Positions 48,431-58,428 of a stretch of 64,000 nucleotides of DNA are shown in pieces. The position numbers and the translations under genes are program-made. Source of the DNA: Alphaproteobacteria bacterium (GTDB lineage Bacteria > Pseudomonadota > Alphaproteobacteria > CAAHEQ01 > UBA3637); NCBI GenBank assembly GCA_045118155.1, contig JBGUXS010000078.1:443-64442 (forward strand). The letters run 5' to 3'. The stretch's first letter is position 1; each line of letters begins with the position of its first letter. Under the pieces are notes generated by a model, which saw only the letters and a program-made list of their open reading frames with translations, did not search any database and was not told the origin of the DNA.

Positions 48431-50171
48431 TATCAACACCCTGCTAGATCAAGCGTTTGATGCCTATAATCGTCAAGATTTCACAACCGCCGAAGCTATG
48501 GCACGCCTGGTTCTTTCCATGGCACATGAAGAACCAGATGCCCTGTACTTATTGGGACTTTTAGCTTTCAAATCCTACACTTTCAAGCAATCGGAATTAT
48601 TTTTAACTCAAGCTCATTTTTTACGTCCTGATAATGAAAACTATACCCTAGCGTTAGCTTTTACTTTACAATGTTTAGGTCAGGGAGAACGAGCCCTAGC
48701 CTTATATCAGCCATATTCAGAAAATGCCGAAGCCCTTTCTCAAACAGGGATGATCCATCTTATGTATCATCGCATTCCTTTTGCAAAAACGGCCTTTCAA
48801 AAAGCCCTATCTCTAGATCCCGCCCTCCCTTCGGCTTGGATTGGGAAAGCTTTGATAGAAAAAACAAAGGGACATCTTAAAACCGCCGAAGAAATTTTAA
48901 AAAAAATGCCTCTTAAAAACCAAGATACTTTTAAACAATTAGGATATATTTATAGAGAACAAGGGGATTTGAAAAAAGCTGTATCTGCCTTTGAGAAAGC
49001 CTTAACTTATGCACAAAGCCCTGACGCGTGGCATATTTTAGGCCAAATCTATTGTGAATTAAATCATCCTAAAAAAGCATTAGATGCCTATAACAACGCT
49101 TTAAAAATAACCCCAAATAATCCGGATATTCTTGTGGATAAGGCGACCCTTTGTCCAGAAAAACAAGCTAAATCTCTATATGAACAAGCTCTACAGGAAA
49201 ATCCTAATTATATTCCGGCTTTACACAATCTAGCTTGCTTATATACAAAACAAAAAGAAACCGCAAAAGCTTTGGATTTATATCAACGCATTATACAATT
49301 AAATCCTCAGCATCTACCTTCCTTATATAATCTCGCCATTATTTTAGAAGAAGAATCTTCATGGTCAGAGGCTTTAGGCCTTTATTTTAATTTACTGGTT
49401 TTAAAGGCCGATTTTTCAGATTTACCTTTTAGAATTTCTGCTTGCATTACCGAATTATTTCAAACAGGAAAAGAGGGGGAAAAAGAAGCGCTTCGTTTTG
49501 CCAAAGGTTGGATTAAACACTTTGCAAAAGATCCTATTGCTCTTCATACTTATGCTGTTTTAACCCATAAAAAAGGGGTAAATTCTCTAGATTATTTGAA
49601 GAGATTTTACAATCATTTTTCAGGCACCTATGATGACACCATGCATCTTTTACAGGCTGAATCTTTAAATATCATTTTAAAAAATCTGCCCAAAACTTCT
49701 TTTCACAATATTTTAGATTTGGGTTGTGGAACGGGAAAATTTGGATCTCTTTATAAACAACCATTTAAAACACTAACAGGGGTAGATTTATCTGAAGAAA
49801 TGCTAAAGAAAGCCCCTAAGAAATATACACATCTTATATGTCAAGATATCTTTACTTATTTAACCAAAACAAAAAAAACGTTTGATTTAATTATTTTGGC
49901 TGAAGTTGCTTGTTATATCGCAGATATGGAATCTCTTCTCAAAAATCTTGTTCCTCATATGAAAAAGGGAACTTTTTTAGCTCTAACAACTGAAACCGCC
50001 CTAAAACAACAAACATTATCCCCTTATGGCCGGTGGGCATACCCAGATGAAAAAATTGAAAAAATTCTGCATAACTTGGGATTAAAACTGATAAGAAAAA
50101 CTTCCTTTCCCTTAAGAAAAGAAAAGGAAGTTATTTTACCCGGAACGTTCTTTTTAATTCAAAGAACTTAA
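48417..50171 (+). CDS. TPR-repeat protein fused to a class I SAM-dependent methyltransferase (COG4976-like)
   Basis: Multiple TPR units (A..AY.KAL.L.PN...A). The C-terminal domain carries [12 protein letters not shown] (motif I) and FDLIILAEV. It overlaps the rodA 3' end by 14 nt. Confidence 0.8.
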   Translation: MMMNDINTLLDQAFDAYNRQDFTTAEAMARLVLSMAHEEPDALYLLGLLAFKSYTFKQSELFLTQAHFLRPDNENYTLALAFTLQCLGQGERALALYQPYSENAEALSQTGMIHLMYHRIPFAKTAFQKALSLDPALPSAWIGKALIEKTKGHLKTAEEILKKMPLKNQDTFKQLGYIYREQGDLKKAVSAFEKALTYAQSPDAWHILGQIYCELNHPKKALDAYNNALKITPNNPDILVDKATLCPEKQAKSLYEQALQENPNYIPALHNLACLYTKQKETAKALDLYQRIIQLNPQHLPSLYNLAIILEEESSWSEALGLYFNLLVLKADFSDLPFRISACITELFQTGKEGEKEALRFAKGWIKHFAKDPIALHTYAVLTHKKGVNSLDYLKRFYNHFSGTYDDTMHLLQAESLNIILKNLPKTSFHNILDLGCGTGKFGSLYKQPFKTLTGVDLSEEMLKKAPKKYTHLICQDIFTYLTKTKKTFDLIILAEVACYIADMESLLKNLVPHMKKGTFLALTTETALKQQTLSPYGRWAYPDEKIEKILHNLGLKLIRKTSFPLRKEKEVILPGTFFLIQRT

Positions 50172-51611
50172 TTTTTTTTCAAACAATTGATTCGCTAAAC
50201 CCGGATTCACTTTGCCACCAGATGCTTTCATAATCTGTCCGATGAACCACCCTTTCAACTTATCTTTCCCGGCTTTAATTTCGGCAATTTTATCTTGGTT
50301 CTGCGCTATAATTTCATCAATAATTTTTTCAATTGCCCCTGTATCAGAAACTTGCTTTAACCCTTTTTCTTCAACCAATGTTTCAGGGTCTTTACCTGTT
50401 TCAATCATCAATTCAAAGACATCTTTTGCAATCTTCCCCGAAATCACTCCTTCGGTAATTAAATGAACTAATGCCCCCAAATTTTCAGATGAAATTGGGG
50501 ATTCCAAAATACTAAGGCCTTGTTTATTCAAATAAGCAAATAAATCCCCCATAACCCAGTTCGCCACTTTTTTCGCATCGGCCTTTTGACACGCCCGTTC
50601 AAAATAGGCCGCTGTATCCATATCCATCGTTAAAATACGAGCATCATATTCCGGAAGGCCTAATTCTTCCATATACCGTTTCTTTTTAGCTTCCGGTAAT
50701 TCCGGCAAAGTGGCCCGAATTTTATCCACATACTCTTGTGTTAAAATTACAGGGGGCAAATCTGGATCCGGGAAATAACGATAATCATTCGCATTTTCCT
50801 TACCCCGCATAGACCGCGTTTCCATCGCATCAGAATCAAACAATCTGGTTTCCTGAATAACCGTTCCCCCAGCATCATAAAGATCTACCTGACGTTGCGC
50901 CTCTATTTCAATAGCCTGCATGACAAACCGGATAGAATTCATATTTTTCACTTCCACCCGTGTTCGCAACGTTTTTTCCCCGACTTTACGGACAGATACA
51001 TTGGCATCGCACCGCAAAGACCCTTCATCCATATTGCCATCACATGTTTTAAGGGCCCGCACAATCGCCCGTAATTGCCGTAAATAAGCCCCTGCTTCTT
51101 CTGGGGAATGCATATCGGGTTTAGACACAATTTCCATGAGTCCCACCCCGCACCGATTCAGGTCAATAAAGGAATGGACTGGATCCATGTCATGAATAGA
51201 TTTTGCTGCATCCTGTTCCAAGTGTAACCGTTCCACCCCGATTTTTTTCGTACCTTCTTCGGTGGTAATTTCAACAAATCCTTCCCCAACAATTGGATGA
51301 TATAACTGTGAAATCTGATAACCCGAAGGTAAATCTGCATAAAAATAATTCTTTCTGTCAAAACGGGAATATAAATTAATTTTGGCGTTTAAACCCATCC
51401 CCGTTTTCACACATTGTTCCACACATTTTTCATTTAAAACCGGCAACATCCCCGGGAACGCCGCATCCACAAAAGACACATGTGTATTTTGTTCCGCCCC
51501 AACTTTCGTGGACGCCCCTGAAAACACCTTAGATTCAGAAATAATCTGACAGTGGACTTCCAAACCAATAACTAATTCCCACTCGGCATCTTTTCCTTTA
51601 ATTGTGTACAT
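50154..51611 (-). CDS. gatB: Asp/Glu-tRNA amidotransferase subunit B
   Basis: [41 protein letters not shown]. Confidence 0.96.
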   Translation of the reverse strand: MYTIKGKDAEWELVIGLEVHCQIISESKVFSGASTKVGAEQNTHVSFVDAAFPGMLPVLNEKCVEQCVKTGMGLNAKINLYSRFDRKNYFYADLPSGYQISQLYHPIVGEGFVEITTEEGTKKIGVERLHLEQDAAKSIHDMDPVHSFIDLNRCGVGLMEIVSKPDMHSPEEAGAYLRQLRAIVRALKTCDGNMDEGSLRCDANVSVRKVGEKTLRTRVEVKNMNSIRFVMQAIEIEAQRQVDLYDAGGTVIQETRLFDSDAMETRSMRGKENANDYRYFPDPDLPPVILTQEYVDKIRATLPELPEAKKKRYMEELGLPEYDARILTMDMDTAAYFERACQKADAKKVANWVMGDLFAYLNKQGLSILESPISSENLGALVHLITEGVISGKIAKDVFELMIETGKDPETLVEEKGLKQVSDTGAIEKIIDEIIAQNQDKIAEIKAGKDKLKGWFIGQIMKASGGKVNPGLANQLFEKKLSSLN

Positions 51612-51614
51612 GAT

Positions 51615-53096
51615 TTATCCTTTCACCCGATGCGGGATTAATGGCATTTCTGCCCCATTTTCTAGCGCTTGTGCTACCTGGAAAACCGTTGTTTCATCAA
51701 AATGTCGTCCTATAACTTGAAGTCCTATCGGCAATCCATTTTTTCCAAACCCAACAGGAACCGCAACACTAGGTACCCCAGCCAACGAAGACGGTGTTGT
51801 AAAAACATCAGCTAAATACGCATCCAACGCACTCATATTTTTCATTTCCTGTTCAGAAATCGCCGTCGTTGGGGATGTTGGTACTAACAAAGCATCCACT
51901 TTATTATACACATCCATAAAGTCATTATAAATCAAACGACGCACCTTTTGTGCCCGCGTATAATAGGCATCATAGAATCCCGCAGATAACACAAAAGTTC
52001 CCAAGAAAATACGGCGTTGTACTTCTTCACCAAACCCTAAAGAACGTGTTTTTGTATAAAGTTCATCCAGTGTTTTTCCTGTTTCCCGAATGGTATAACG
52101 CACCCCATCATACCGGGCTAAATTAGAAGAAGCTTCGGCGGGACTAATAATATAATAAACCGGCAAAGCATATTGCGTATGGGGCAAACTAACATCCAAA
52201 ATTTCCGCCCCAGCCTCTTTCAAAATCCGAACCCCTTTATCCCAAACAGAGGCGACATCTGGGTTAAGCCCCTCTAACCGATATTCCTTTGGGATCCCAA
52301 TTTTCAACCCTTTAATCCCTTTTTTGCAAAGGGCCGCAAAATCTGGAACCAACTGGTTCGCTGAGGTAGAATCTTTGGCATCATATCCCGCCATATTTTG
52401 AAGCATCAAAGCCCCATCTTCCACGGAACGCGCCAAGACCCCCGCTTGATCCAAAGAAGAAGCATACGCCACAATTCCCCATCTAGAACACCGCCCATAA
52501 GTCGGTTTTACCCCAACAATACCACAAAAGCTAGCTGGTTGCCGGGAAGATCCCCCTGTATCTGTACCGGTTGCCGCCATACAAAGGCCCCCGGCCACTG
52601 CCGCAGCTGGTCCCCCAGATGATCCCCCAGGAACAAGGGTGTAATTTCCGTTTTCATCCGTCCACGGATTCTTGGTTAAGCCAAAATAACTGGTAATTGT
52701 AGAAACCCCCATTGCGAATTCATCGGTATTAACTTTTCCCAAAACAACGGTTCCGGCTTTTTGCAATTTTTCAGAAACTGTGGATTCATAAGGGGGAATA
52801 AATTCGCTTAAAATCCTAGAGGCCGCCGTTGTCCGAACCCCTTTTGTACAAAACACATCTTTATGTGCGATAGGGATTCCTTCCAACGCCCCGGCTTGTC
52901 CTTTTGCCCGGCGCGCATCACTTTCTTCCGCTTGTTTTAATGCCAATTCTGGGGTTTGTGTAATAAACGCATTTAAGGTTTTATCTGCCCGTTCCATTTC
53001 CGCAATATAGGCCTTGGTTAATTCCACAGAAGAAATTTCTTTTTTATCTAAAAGATCTAAAGCTTGGGCAACACGTAAATCTATCAAATCCGTCAT
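51615..53096 (-). CDS. gatA: Asp/Glu-tRNA amidotransferase subunit A
   Basis: Amidase signature GGSSGGPAAAVA and TDTGGSSRQPA. Confidence 0.96.
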   Translation of the reverse strand: MTDLIDLRVAQALDLLDKKEISSVELTKAYIAEMERADKTLNAFITQTPELALKQAEESDARRAKGQAGALEGIPIAHKDVFCTKGVRTTAASRILSEFIPPYESTVSEKLQKAGTVVLGKVNTDEFAMGVSTITSYFGLTKNPWTDENGNYTLVPGGSSGGPAAAVAGGLCMAATGTDTGGSSRQPASFCGIVGVKPTYGRCSRWGIVAYASSLDQAGVLARSVEDGALMLQNMAGYDAKDSTSANQLVPDFAALCKKGIKGLKIGIPKEYRLEGLNPDVASVWDKGVRILKEAGAEILDVSLPHTQYALPVYYIISPAEASSNLARYDGVRYTIRETGKTLDELYTKTRSLGFGEEVQRRIFLGTFVLSAGFYDAYYTRAQKVRRLIYNDFMDVYNKVDALLVPTSPTTAISEQEMKNMSALDAYLADVFTTPSSLAGVPSVAVPVGFGKNGLPIGLQVIGRHFDETTVFQVAQALENGAEMPLIPHRVKG

Positions 53097-53100
53097 TTTC

Positions 53101-53388
53101 TTACTCCACTACCTTGGGGACAACATAAAATCCATGAACAGCATCAGGGGAATTCGCCATTAATTCTTCCTGTAAATTCCCAGTGGTCACCTCATCCGCC
53201 CGTTGGACATTTTTTTCTTCTGCGACACTGTAAAGTGGCTCAATCCCATCAACATTGACCTGTTGCAACTGCTCCACCCACTTTAAAATATCTTCCATTT
53301 CGTGAATAAATTTTTCCTGTTTTTCTTCTGGGATATTAAGCCGCGCCAGCTGTGCAATCCCTTTTACCGTTTTTGTATCAAAATGCAT
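53101..53388 (-). CDS. gatC: Asp/Glu-tRNA amidotransferase subunit C
   Basis: 95 aa, IAQLARLNIPEEKQEKF, in gatCAB order. Confidence 0.9.
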   Translation of the reverse strand: MHFDTKTVKGIAQLARLNIPEEKQEKFIHEMEDILKWVEQLQQVNVDGIEPLYSVAEEKNVQRADEVTTGNLQEELMANSPDAVHGFYVVPKVVE

Positions 53389-53412
53389 TAAATGCCCCTC
53401 CTAGAAGTCTTT

Positions 53413-53441
53413 TTTATACATTTTTTCCGTTTAAAAGTCAA
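53413..53441 (-). promoter_or_regulatory. sigma70 promoter for gatCAB (TTGACT-17-TATAAA)
   Basis: The minus strand reads CTTGACTTTTAAACGGAAAAAATGTATAAA, and an AGGAGG RBS precedes the gatC ATG. Confidence 0.6.
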
Positions 53442-53517
53442 GTTTTTTTCATAAAAGCATTTTCTGCCTTTACTTTTCATCTCTTTTTGATTATGCTTGT
53501 TTCTACAAGGGGGTAAT

Positions 53518-53805
53518 ATGCGGGAACCTATTTTAAAAGCGGTCAGTATGCCGGCGCGTATTTTATGGGCGCCGTCGGTTCCGGCGTTGTTAAACATGGT
53601 TTGTCAATTACCTTTCATGTTGTTCTATGCGGGACAAGGGGGCAACCCTTTGCTATTCATGGGAACTATCATCGGGGTTCATGCCTTAATTGCTCTTTAT
53701 GCCGCGAAAGAACCTCATTTATCTAATATGTTCAAAGCCCAAGGTCCTTTCTTTAAGAAAAGTTCACAAATGTATACCTCATCAGGAAGAAAATACGCCC
53801 CATGA
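53518..53805 (+). CDS. virB3: Type IV secretion system protein VirB3
   Basis: ~96 aa. ILKAVSMPARILWAPSVPALLNM (L.ka.tRP...GvP pattern) and two TM helices. ATGA overlap with virB4. The track ORF starts earlier, at 53497. Confidence 0.8.
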   Translation: MREPILKAVSMPARILWAPSVPALLNMVCQLPFMLFYAGQGGNPLLFMGTIIGVHALIALYAAKEPHLSNMFKAQGPFFKKSSQMYTSSGRKYAP

Positions 53806-56237
53806 ATCAAACAGATGTTTTCGCCCTTATTTTACAAAATGCTTCCTCTACGGGGTTACTTATTGCCTTGTTAGGAGTATTAGCACTTGTTTTTGTCATG
53901 GTTGTATTTGTGACCTCCTTAGGAAATATGTTACTTCCCAAACCAAAAGAAACCCTTGTTTCTGATTTTCTTCCTTTTTCAAGGCTAGACCCAGATGGTG
54001 CCACCATTTACATGCGTAATGGTACTTTGGCTCGTGTTTTTGAATTAACAGGAACGGATACCACTTTAGCAAGTGATATTGAACGTAAAGCCTTAATGGA
54101 AAAACGGCAACAATGGATTGATTCACTAAGTGAATTAGAAATTATTTGCAGGGTTATTACGATTCGTGAAAAAATTCCTTTAGCCGAAGAAACACTACAT
54201 CCAGATAATCCTTTGCTCAATAAAGTGTCAGAACTTTGGTTGAACAGTTTACACCGTATTTTCAGAAACAAACATTACCTAATTCTTTCCGTTAATGATC
54301 GTAAGGATGCCATTAATGATTTAATTCAGGCAACAAATGCGACTCTTTCTATTTTAGATGTTTATCATCCTATTCTTATTTCTGAAAAAACCCCAGATAA
54401 ACATCAAGACAAAAGCCCCTTTTGGGTTTTTTCACAACTTGTCAGCCCCGTATCAAACCCCAAACCCATTGTAGGCTTTGAAAAAGGGGAAGAACTTAAT
54501 TCCTTTTTAACGTCTGACTATATCCACTTCACAAAAGATGAAGGGATTATCCGTTTCTTTTCTGGGGATAGGGAAAAATTAGCCATTTGTATCGGTATTC
54601 GTAAGCCTGGGGATTTCATGGATGAACAAATGGTTGCCCGTATTTTAGGAATTGATTGTGAAGTTGTTATTACACACAATATCCATGCTATTCCAAAAGC
54701 AAAAGGAAACCTGTTAATGATTCAACAACGCCGTATGGCTTACTTAACAAGTTTTTCTGAAAGTGTACGTTCCCAATATAATACCGCCATGCAATTAATG
54801 GATCCTTCTGATATTAATTCACAAACCCTTAATGAATATTCTATGTCTATTATGGTTTATGGGGAATCTAAGGAAGAACTTGTTTTTGGACAACAGGAAG
54901 TTGAAAAAATATGCCGACTTTACGGGGTGACCCCTGTGCGAGAAGGTTGGATTACTCAAGCTGTTTTCTTTTCTCAAATTCCCTCTTATGAAGTATATCC
55001 ACGTACATACTTGTATTTATCGCGGGTAGTGGCGTGTTCCATTTGCATGGATAAAACAACTGAAGGCCGGCAAAAATCTGATTGGGGGCCTGTGCCTATT
55101 TCTTACTTCCGGACTATTACGGGGACCCCTTACGCTTTCCAATTTCATGTAACAGAAGAACCCTATGCTGTGGCACATACAGCCCTTATTGGTCCAACGG
55201 GACAAGGGAAAACAACCTTATTTTCATTTTTAGCAGGCCAATCTTCCCGTATTCCAGATTTACGGACTTATTTCTTTGACCGTAACAATGGGGCCAAAGT
55301 TTTTGCTTTATTACAAGGGGCTCCTTATGTGCGGTTTGATGGGGGGGACAATGCTGTTGCCTTAAATCCTTTCTTTATGCCAGATTCCCCTGAAAACAGG
55401 GCATTTTTACGATCTTGGTTACGCTCTATTACTGGCTGTACAGATGCTTTTTCCGAAGAAGAAATTGCCCGAGCCGTTACAACAGCTTATGACTATTTAA
55501 AACCAGAAGAACGTCTTTTGAAGAACTTGTATAAAAGCTCTTTTTCCTTAAACGGAGATATGCGCCGTGAACTAAAACGTTGGGTCAGTGATGATCAATA
55601 TGGTCGGATCTTTAATGCCGAAGAAGATAAATTAGATATTGATAACCGCTATACTGGTTTTGATTTTACGCATATTTTCCAAGATGGGACGTTGGCTCCT
55701 GCTGTCATCAGTTATATCATGTACCGCATTCATGAATTAGCTAGTTTAAAAGGGACCCCCTCGTTAGTGATGATTGATGAAACGGCCCCTATGTTAGAAC
55801 ATCCTATGTTCCGAGACAATTTCATTGTAGGCCTTCGGGAAGGACGAAAGAAACGACAAGCATTCTTATGTGCTTTCCAGCAACCTCGCTTTTTAGATGA
55901 AAACGGTTTAGGGGATGTGATTCGTGGCCAATGTCAAACCATTATTTTCTTTAGAAATTTACAGGCAACCCCCGCGGATTATGAATCTTGGAATTTAACC
56001 CCAAGTGAACTAAACTTTATTCTAGGAAAAGAATTTATTGATCATAAATACGCCATCCTTGTCAAACGGCCCGCTGTTAATGAATCTGTTATCTTAGATA
56101 TTAATTTGGGGGGATTAGGTCCCTACTTAAAAATTTATTCTTCTGGGAATAAAAATGTGGCCTTAGTTGAACGTCTTAGTCATGAACTAAAATATGCTAA
56201 AGATATCCTACAACAATATCTACAGTTATCTGATTAG
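53802..56237 (+). CDS. virB4: Type IV secretion system ATPase VirB4
   Basis: 811 aa of CagE/TrbE/VirB4 architecture. Walker A LIGPTGQGKTT and Walker B-like SLVMIDETAPML. Confidence 0.92.
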   Translation: MNQTDVFALILQNASSTGLLIALLGVLALVFVMVVFVTSLGNMLLPKPKETLVSDFLPFSRLDPDGATIYMRNGTLARVFELTGTDTTLASDIERKALMEKRQQWIDSLSELEIICRVITIREKIPLAEETLHPDNPLLNKVSELWLNSLHRIFRNKHYLILSVNDRKDAINDLIQATNATLSILDVYHPILISEKTPDKHQDKSPFWVFSQLVSPVSNPKPIVGFEKGEELNSFLTSDYIHFTKDEGIIRFFSGDREKLAICIGIRKPGDFMDEQMVARILGIDCEVVITHNIHAIPKAKGNLLMIQQRRMAYLTSFSESVRSQYNTAMQLMDPSDINSQTLNEYSMSIMVYGESKEELVFGQQEVEKICRLYGVTPVREGWITQAVFFSQIPSYEVYPRTYLYLSRVVACSICMDKTTEGRQKSDWGPVPISYFRTITGTPYAFQFHVTEEPYAVAHTALIGPTGQGKTTLFSFLAGQSSRIPDLRTYFFDRNNGAKVFALLQGAPYVRFDGGDNAVALNPFFMPDSPENRAFLRSWLRSITGCTDAFSEEEIARAVTTAYDYLKPEERLLKNLYKSSFSLNGDMRRELKRWVSDDQYGRIFNAEEDKLDIDNRYTGFDFTHIFQDGTLAPAVISYIMYRIHELASLKGTPSLVMIDETAPMLEHPMFRDNFIVGLREGRKKRQAFLCAFQQPRFLDENGLGDVIRGQCQTIIFFRNLQATPADYESWNLTPSELNFILGKEFIDHKYAILVKRPAVNESVILDINLGGLGPYLKIYSSGNKNVALVERLSHELKYAKDILQQYLQLSD

Positions 56238-56617
56238 CATTCAATAACAACAAACGCCATAGCTTGTTTATCATCACTCAAAGAAATATGTAGATAACTA
56301 TTGGGGTAAGATTCTAAAAGTGTTTGTCGCGCTTTTTCAGAAAGCTTGATAATGGGCTTTCCATTATCCGTGTTTAAAATACTAATGTCTTGCCAAGAAA
56401 GCTTCATTCCAATTCCAACCCCTAAGGCCTTTGCAACCGCTTCTTTTCCTGCAAATCTTTTAGCATAAAATCTAACTTGCCTAGTATAAGATAACTCTTC
56501 TGCATACTGTCTTTCTTCGGGGGTAAATAAACGATGCAGCACTTTGTTTCCAAAGCGCTGCATTAAAAATTGCATTCGTTCTATTTCTAAGATATCTGTG
56601 CCGATACCTAAAATCAT
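56234..56617 (-). CDS. acpS: Holo-[acyl-carrier-protein] synthase
   Basis: ILGIGTDILEIERM and FAGKEAVAKALG. Confidence 0.92.
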   Translation of the reverse strand: MILGIGTDILEIERMQFLMQRFGNKVLHRLFTPEERQYAEELSYTRQVRFYAKRFAGKEAVAKALGVGIGMKLSWQDISILNTDNGKPIIKLSEKARQTLLESYPNSYLHISLSDDKQAMAFVVIEC

Positions 56618-56625
56618 TGGGGTAT

Positions 56626-56976
56626 TTAAACCTCGTCCACAACTTGAAAGGAACCCGTTTCTGCAAGTTCCTCATCTGAATAAATGGCATCCCCCATCAA
56701 TTCGGCATCCACAGCTTTCAATTCTTCTGCATCGGCTACACTTTCTTTAACCGGGGTATAGCGTTGTAATTTATCCACCATTGTTTCGCGCACCGCATCC
56801 AAATCCACAGCCCCTTGTTCAATTTCACGTAAGGCTATCACTGTATTCTTATCACCATCTTTTTCAACGGTTGGGGCAACCCCTAATCCCAAAGATTTCG
56901 CCCGGCCAACCGCCAAAACGACCAATTCAAATCTGTTAGGAACTTTTTTAACACATTCTTGAATACAAGCGTCCAT
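56626..56976 (-). CDS. rpoZ: DNA-directed RNA polymerase subunit omega
   Basis: NRFELVVLAVGRAKSL. Confidence 0.9.
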   Translation of the reverse strand: MDACIQECVKKVPNRFELVVLAVGRAKSLGLGVAPTVEKDGDKNTVIALREIEQGAVDLDAVRETMVDKLQRYTPVKESVADAEELKAVDAELMGDAIYSDEELAETGSFQVVDEV

Positions 56977-56996
56977 ATGTATCCTCCGCCTAAAAG

Positions 56997-57161
56997 TTAT
57001 TTGACCTTCTTTTCTACAAATTCGACGTGTTTTCTGGCCTTACGGTCATATTTACGAACTTTCATTTTTTCGGTTTTACGTGAACTTTTTTTCGTAACGT
57101 AAAACACACCTGTTCCAGCCGTACTTTCAAGTTTAATTTCAATTGTTGTTGGTTTTGCCAT
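56997..57161 (-). CDS. rpmG: 50S ribosomal protein L33 (54 aa, below the ORF-track size cutoff)
   Basis: Hand translation gives [54 protein letters not shown], which matches the L33 pattern (STAGTG.FYVTKK...KYDP..RKHV.F.E.K). Confidence 0.9.
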   Translation of the reverse strand: MAKPTTIEIKLESTAGTGVFYVTKKSSRKTEKMKVRKYDRKARKHVEFVEKKVK

Positions 57162-57197
57162 ACTCTATACCCTTCCTTAAACATAAAATCTCTTGTT

Positions 57198-57226
57198 ATC
57201 ATACTTAAAATTTTCTTAAAAGTCAA
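57198..57226 (-). promoter_or_regulatory. sigma70 promoter for rpmG(-rpoZ-acpS) (TTGACT-17-TATGAT)
   Basis: The minus strand reads CTTGACTTTTAAGAAAATTTTAAGTATGAT. Confidence 0.6.
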
Positions 57227-57322
57227 GAAAAAAAGTAAAAAAGCGTTTTTTTTAAATTTTAATCACATTTTATGCTTGCTTTTCCCACAAAAAAAAGGTT
57301 GAATGATGCGCAGAGGAGAATT

Positions 57323-58063
57323 ATGAAAAAAATACTGTTGTGTCTTGGTCTTATACTATCTCTTCCCCTGGGGGCAGAGGAGTTGTTTTGGACATTTGAT
57401 AACACGGGAAAAGAATCCCCTGTTCCCCCTGATTGTGATGGGGTTTTTAACGAGGAATTAGGACGTTTTGTTTTGCCAACCCCAGAAGAATTATATACGG
57501 CGGGGAATGCCTATTTCTTTAAAAGGGAAGATGAACAACGTAACGCAGGGTATTGTTTTGTGGCGGCTGCCTTACAGGGGCATTTGAACGCTCAGTACAC
57601 ACTCGCTCAGCTTTACAGCAAGGGGATGGTTTTGCCTAAGGATGATTTAGCCGCCTATAAATGGGCTTTTATTGCGGGGTTGCAAGGACATAAAGCCGCT
57701 GAACGACTAGCGGTTTCTTTGGAACAATATCTAACAACTGAAGACATCATGAAGGCCACAGATGAAGCTCAGGAATTTTTAAAAACGTTGCCGACGAAAA
57801 CACAACAAACATTGGCGGGATTAGATGCTGAATTAGAAAGTAAGCAGGCCTATCTTGATCAAATTTATGCTGATATTGATAACGAATTGAACATTACTTT
57901 ACCCGAAGTTAAAATAGATGATTCTTTAAATCCTATTTTCCCGGATGAAGAAGAAACAGTGATTTCCAAAAAAGTCCCTACCGAAAAAAAAGCTGCAAAA
58001 ACAAAACGGGAATCTGTTTTAAAGCCTCTTGATAACATCTTTACTCAAAAAGATCGGCCATGA
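57323..58063 (+). CDS. Exported Sel1-repeat (TPR-like) protein
   Basis: Signal peptide MKKILLCLGLILSLPLGA. Sel1 units AQYTLAQLYSKGMVLPKDDLAAYKWAFIAGLQGH. The track ORF starts at 57272. Confidence 0.75.
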   Translation: MKKILLCLGLILSLPLGAEELFWTFDNTGKESPVPPDCDGVFNEELGRFVLPTPEELYTAGNAYFFKREDEQRNAGYCFVAAALQGHLNAQYTLAQLYSKGMVLPKDDLAAYKWAFIAGLQGHKAAERLAVSLEQYLTTEDIMKATDEAQEFLKTLPTKTQQTLAGLDAELESKQAYLDQIYADIDNELNITLPEVKIDDSLNPIFPDEEETVISKKVPTEKKAAKTKRESVLKPLDNIFTQKDRP

Positions 58064-58392
58064 AGCGTTTTTTATTTACCTTATGTTTTTTTGTGCTTTC
58101 AAACGTATATGCTGATTTTTTACCTTTCACACAAGATATCCCTTTAATGCCCAATTTAGTTCTTCAAGAAGATTATTTATCTTTTGATACTCCCTCGGGG
58201 CAAATACTTAATTTATCGGCTAAAACACCCCTTCCTTGTCAAAAAGTTTTTGATTTTTATTCCCAGACTTTACCCGCGTTGGGGTGGCAAGAAGAAAAAA
58301 AAGGATTTTTTAAAAGAAATGAAGATACTTTGTCCCTTTCCTGCAAAGCATCAACGGTCACTTTTGAAATAACATTTGAAAATCCTTCTTAA
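58060..58392 (+). CDS. Small exported hypothetical protein (110 aa)
   Basis: Signal peptide MKRFLFTLCFFVLSNVYA. ATGA overlap with the Sel1-repeat gene. Confidence 0.6.
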   Translation: MKRFLFTLCFFVLSNVYADFLPFTQDIPLMPNLVLQEDYLSFDTPSGQILNLSAKTPLPCQKVFDFYSQTLPALGWQEEKKGFFKRNEDTLSLSCKASTVTFEITFENPS

Positions 58393-58428
58393 TTCAGCTA
58401 TACTGTTTAGCGGAAGGAAGTAAGGTTA

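Noticed and set aside
53388-53597. 69-aa minus-strand ORF spanning the gatC-virB3 intergenic region
   Set aside because: It overlaps the gatC promoter and the virB3 start, has no conserved features, and the region is better explained as divergent regulatory DNA.
53690-54271. Several 60-90-aa ORFs overlapping virB3/virB4 on both strands
   Set aside because: They are nested in the strongly supported virB3 and virB4 frames.
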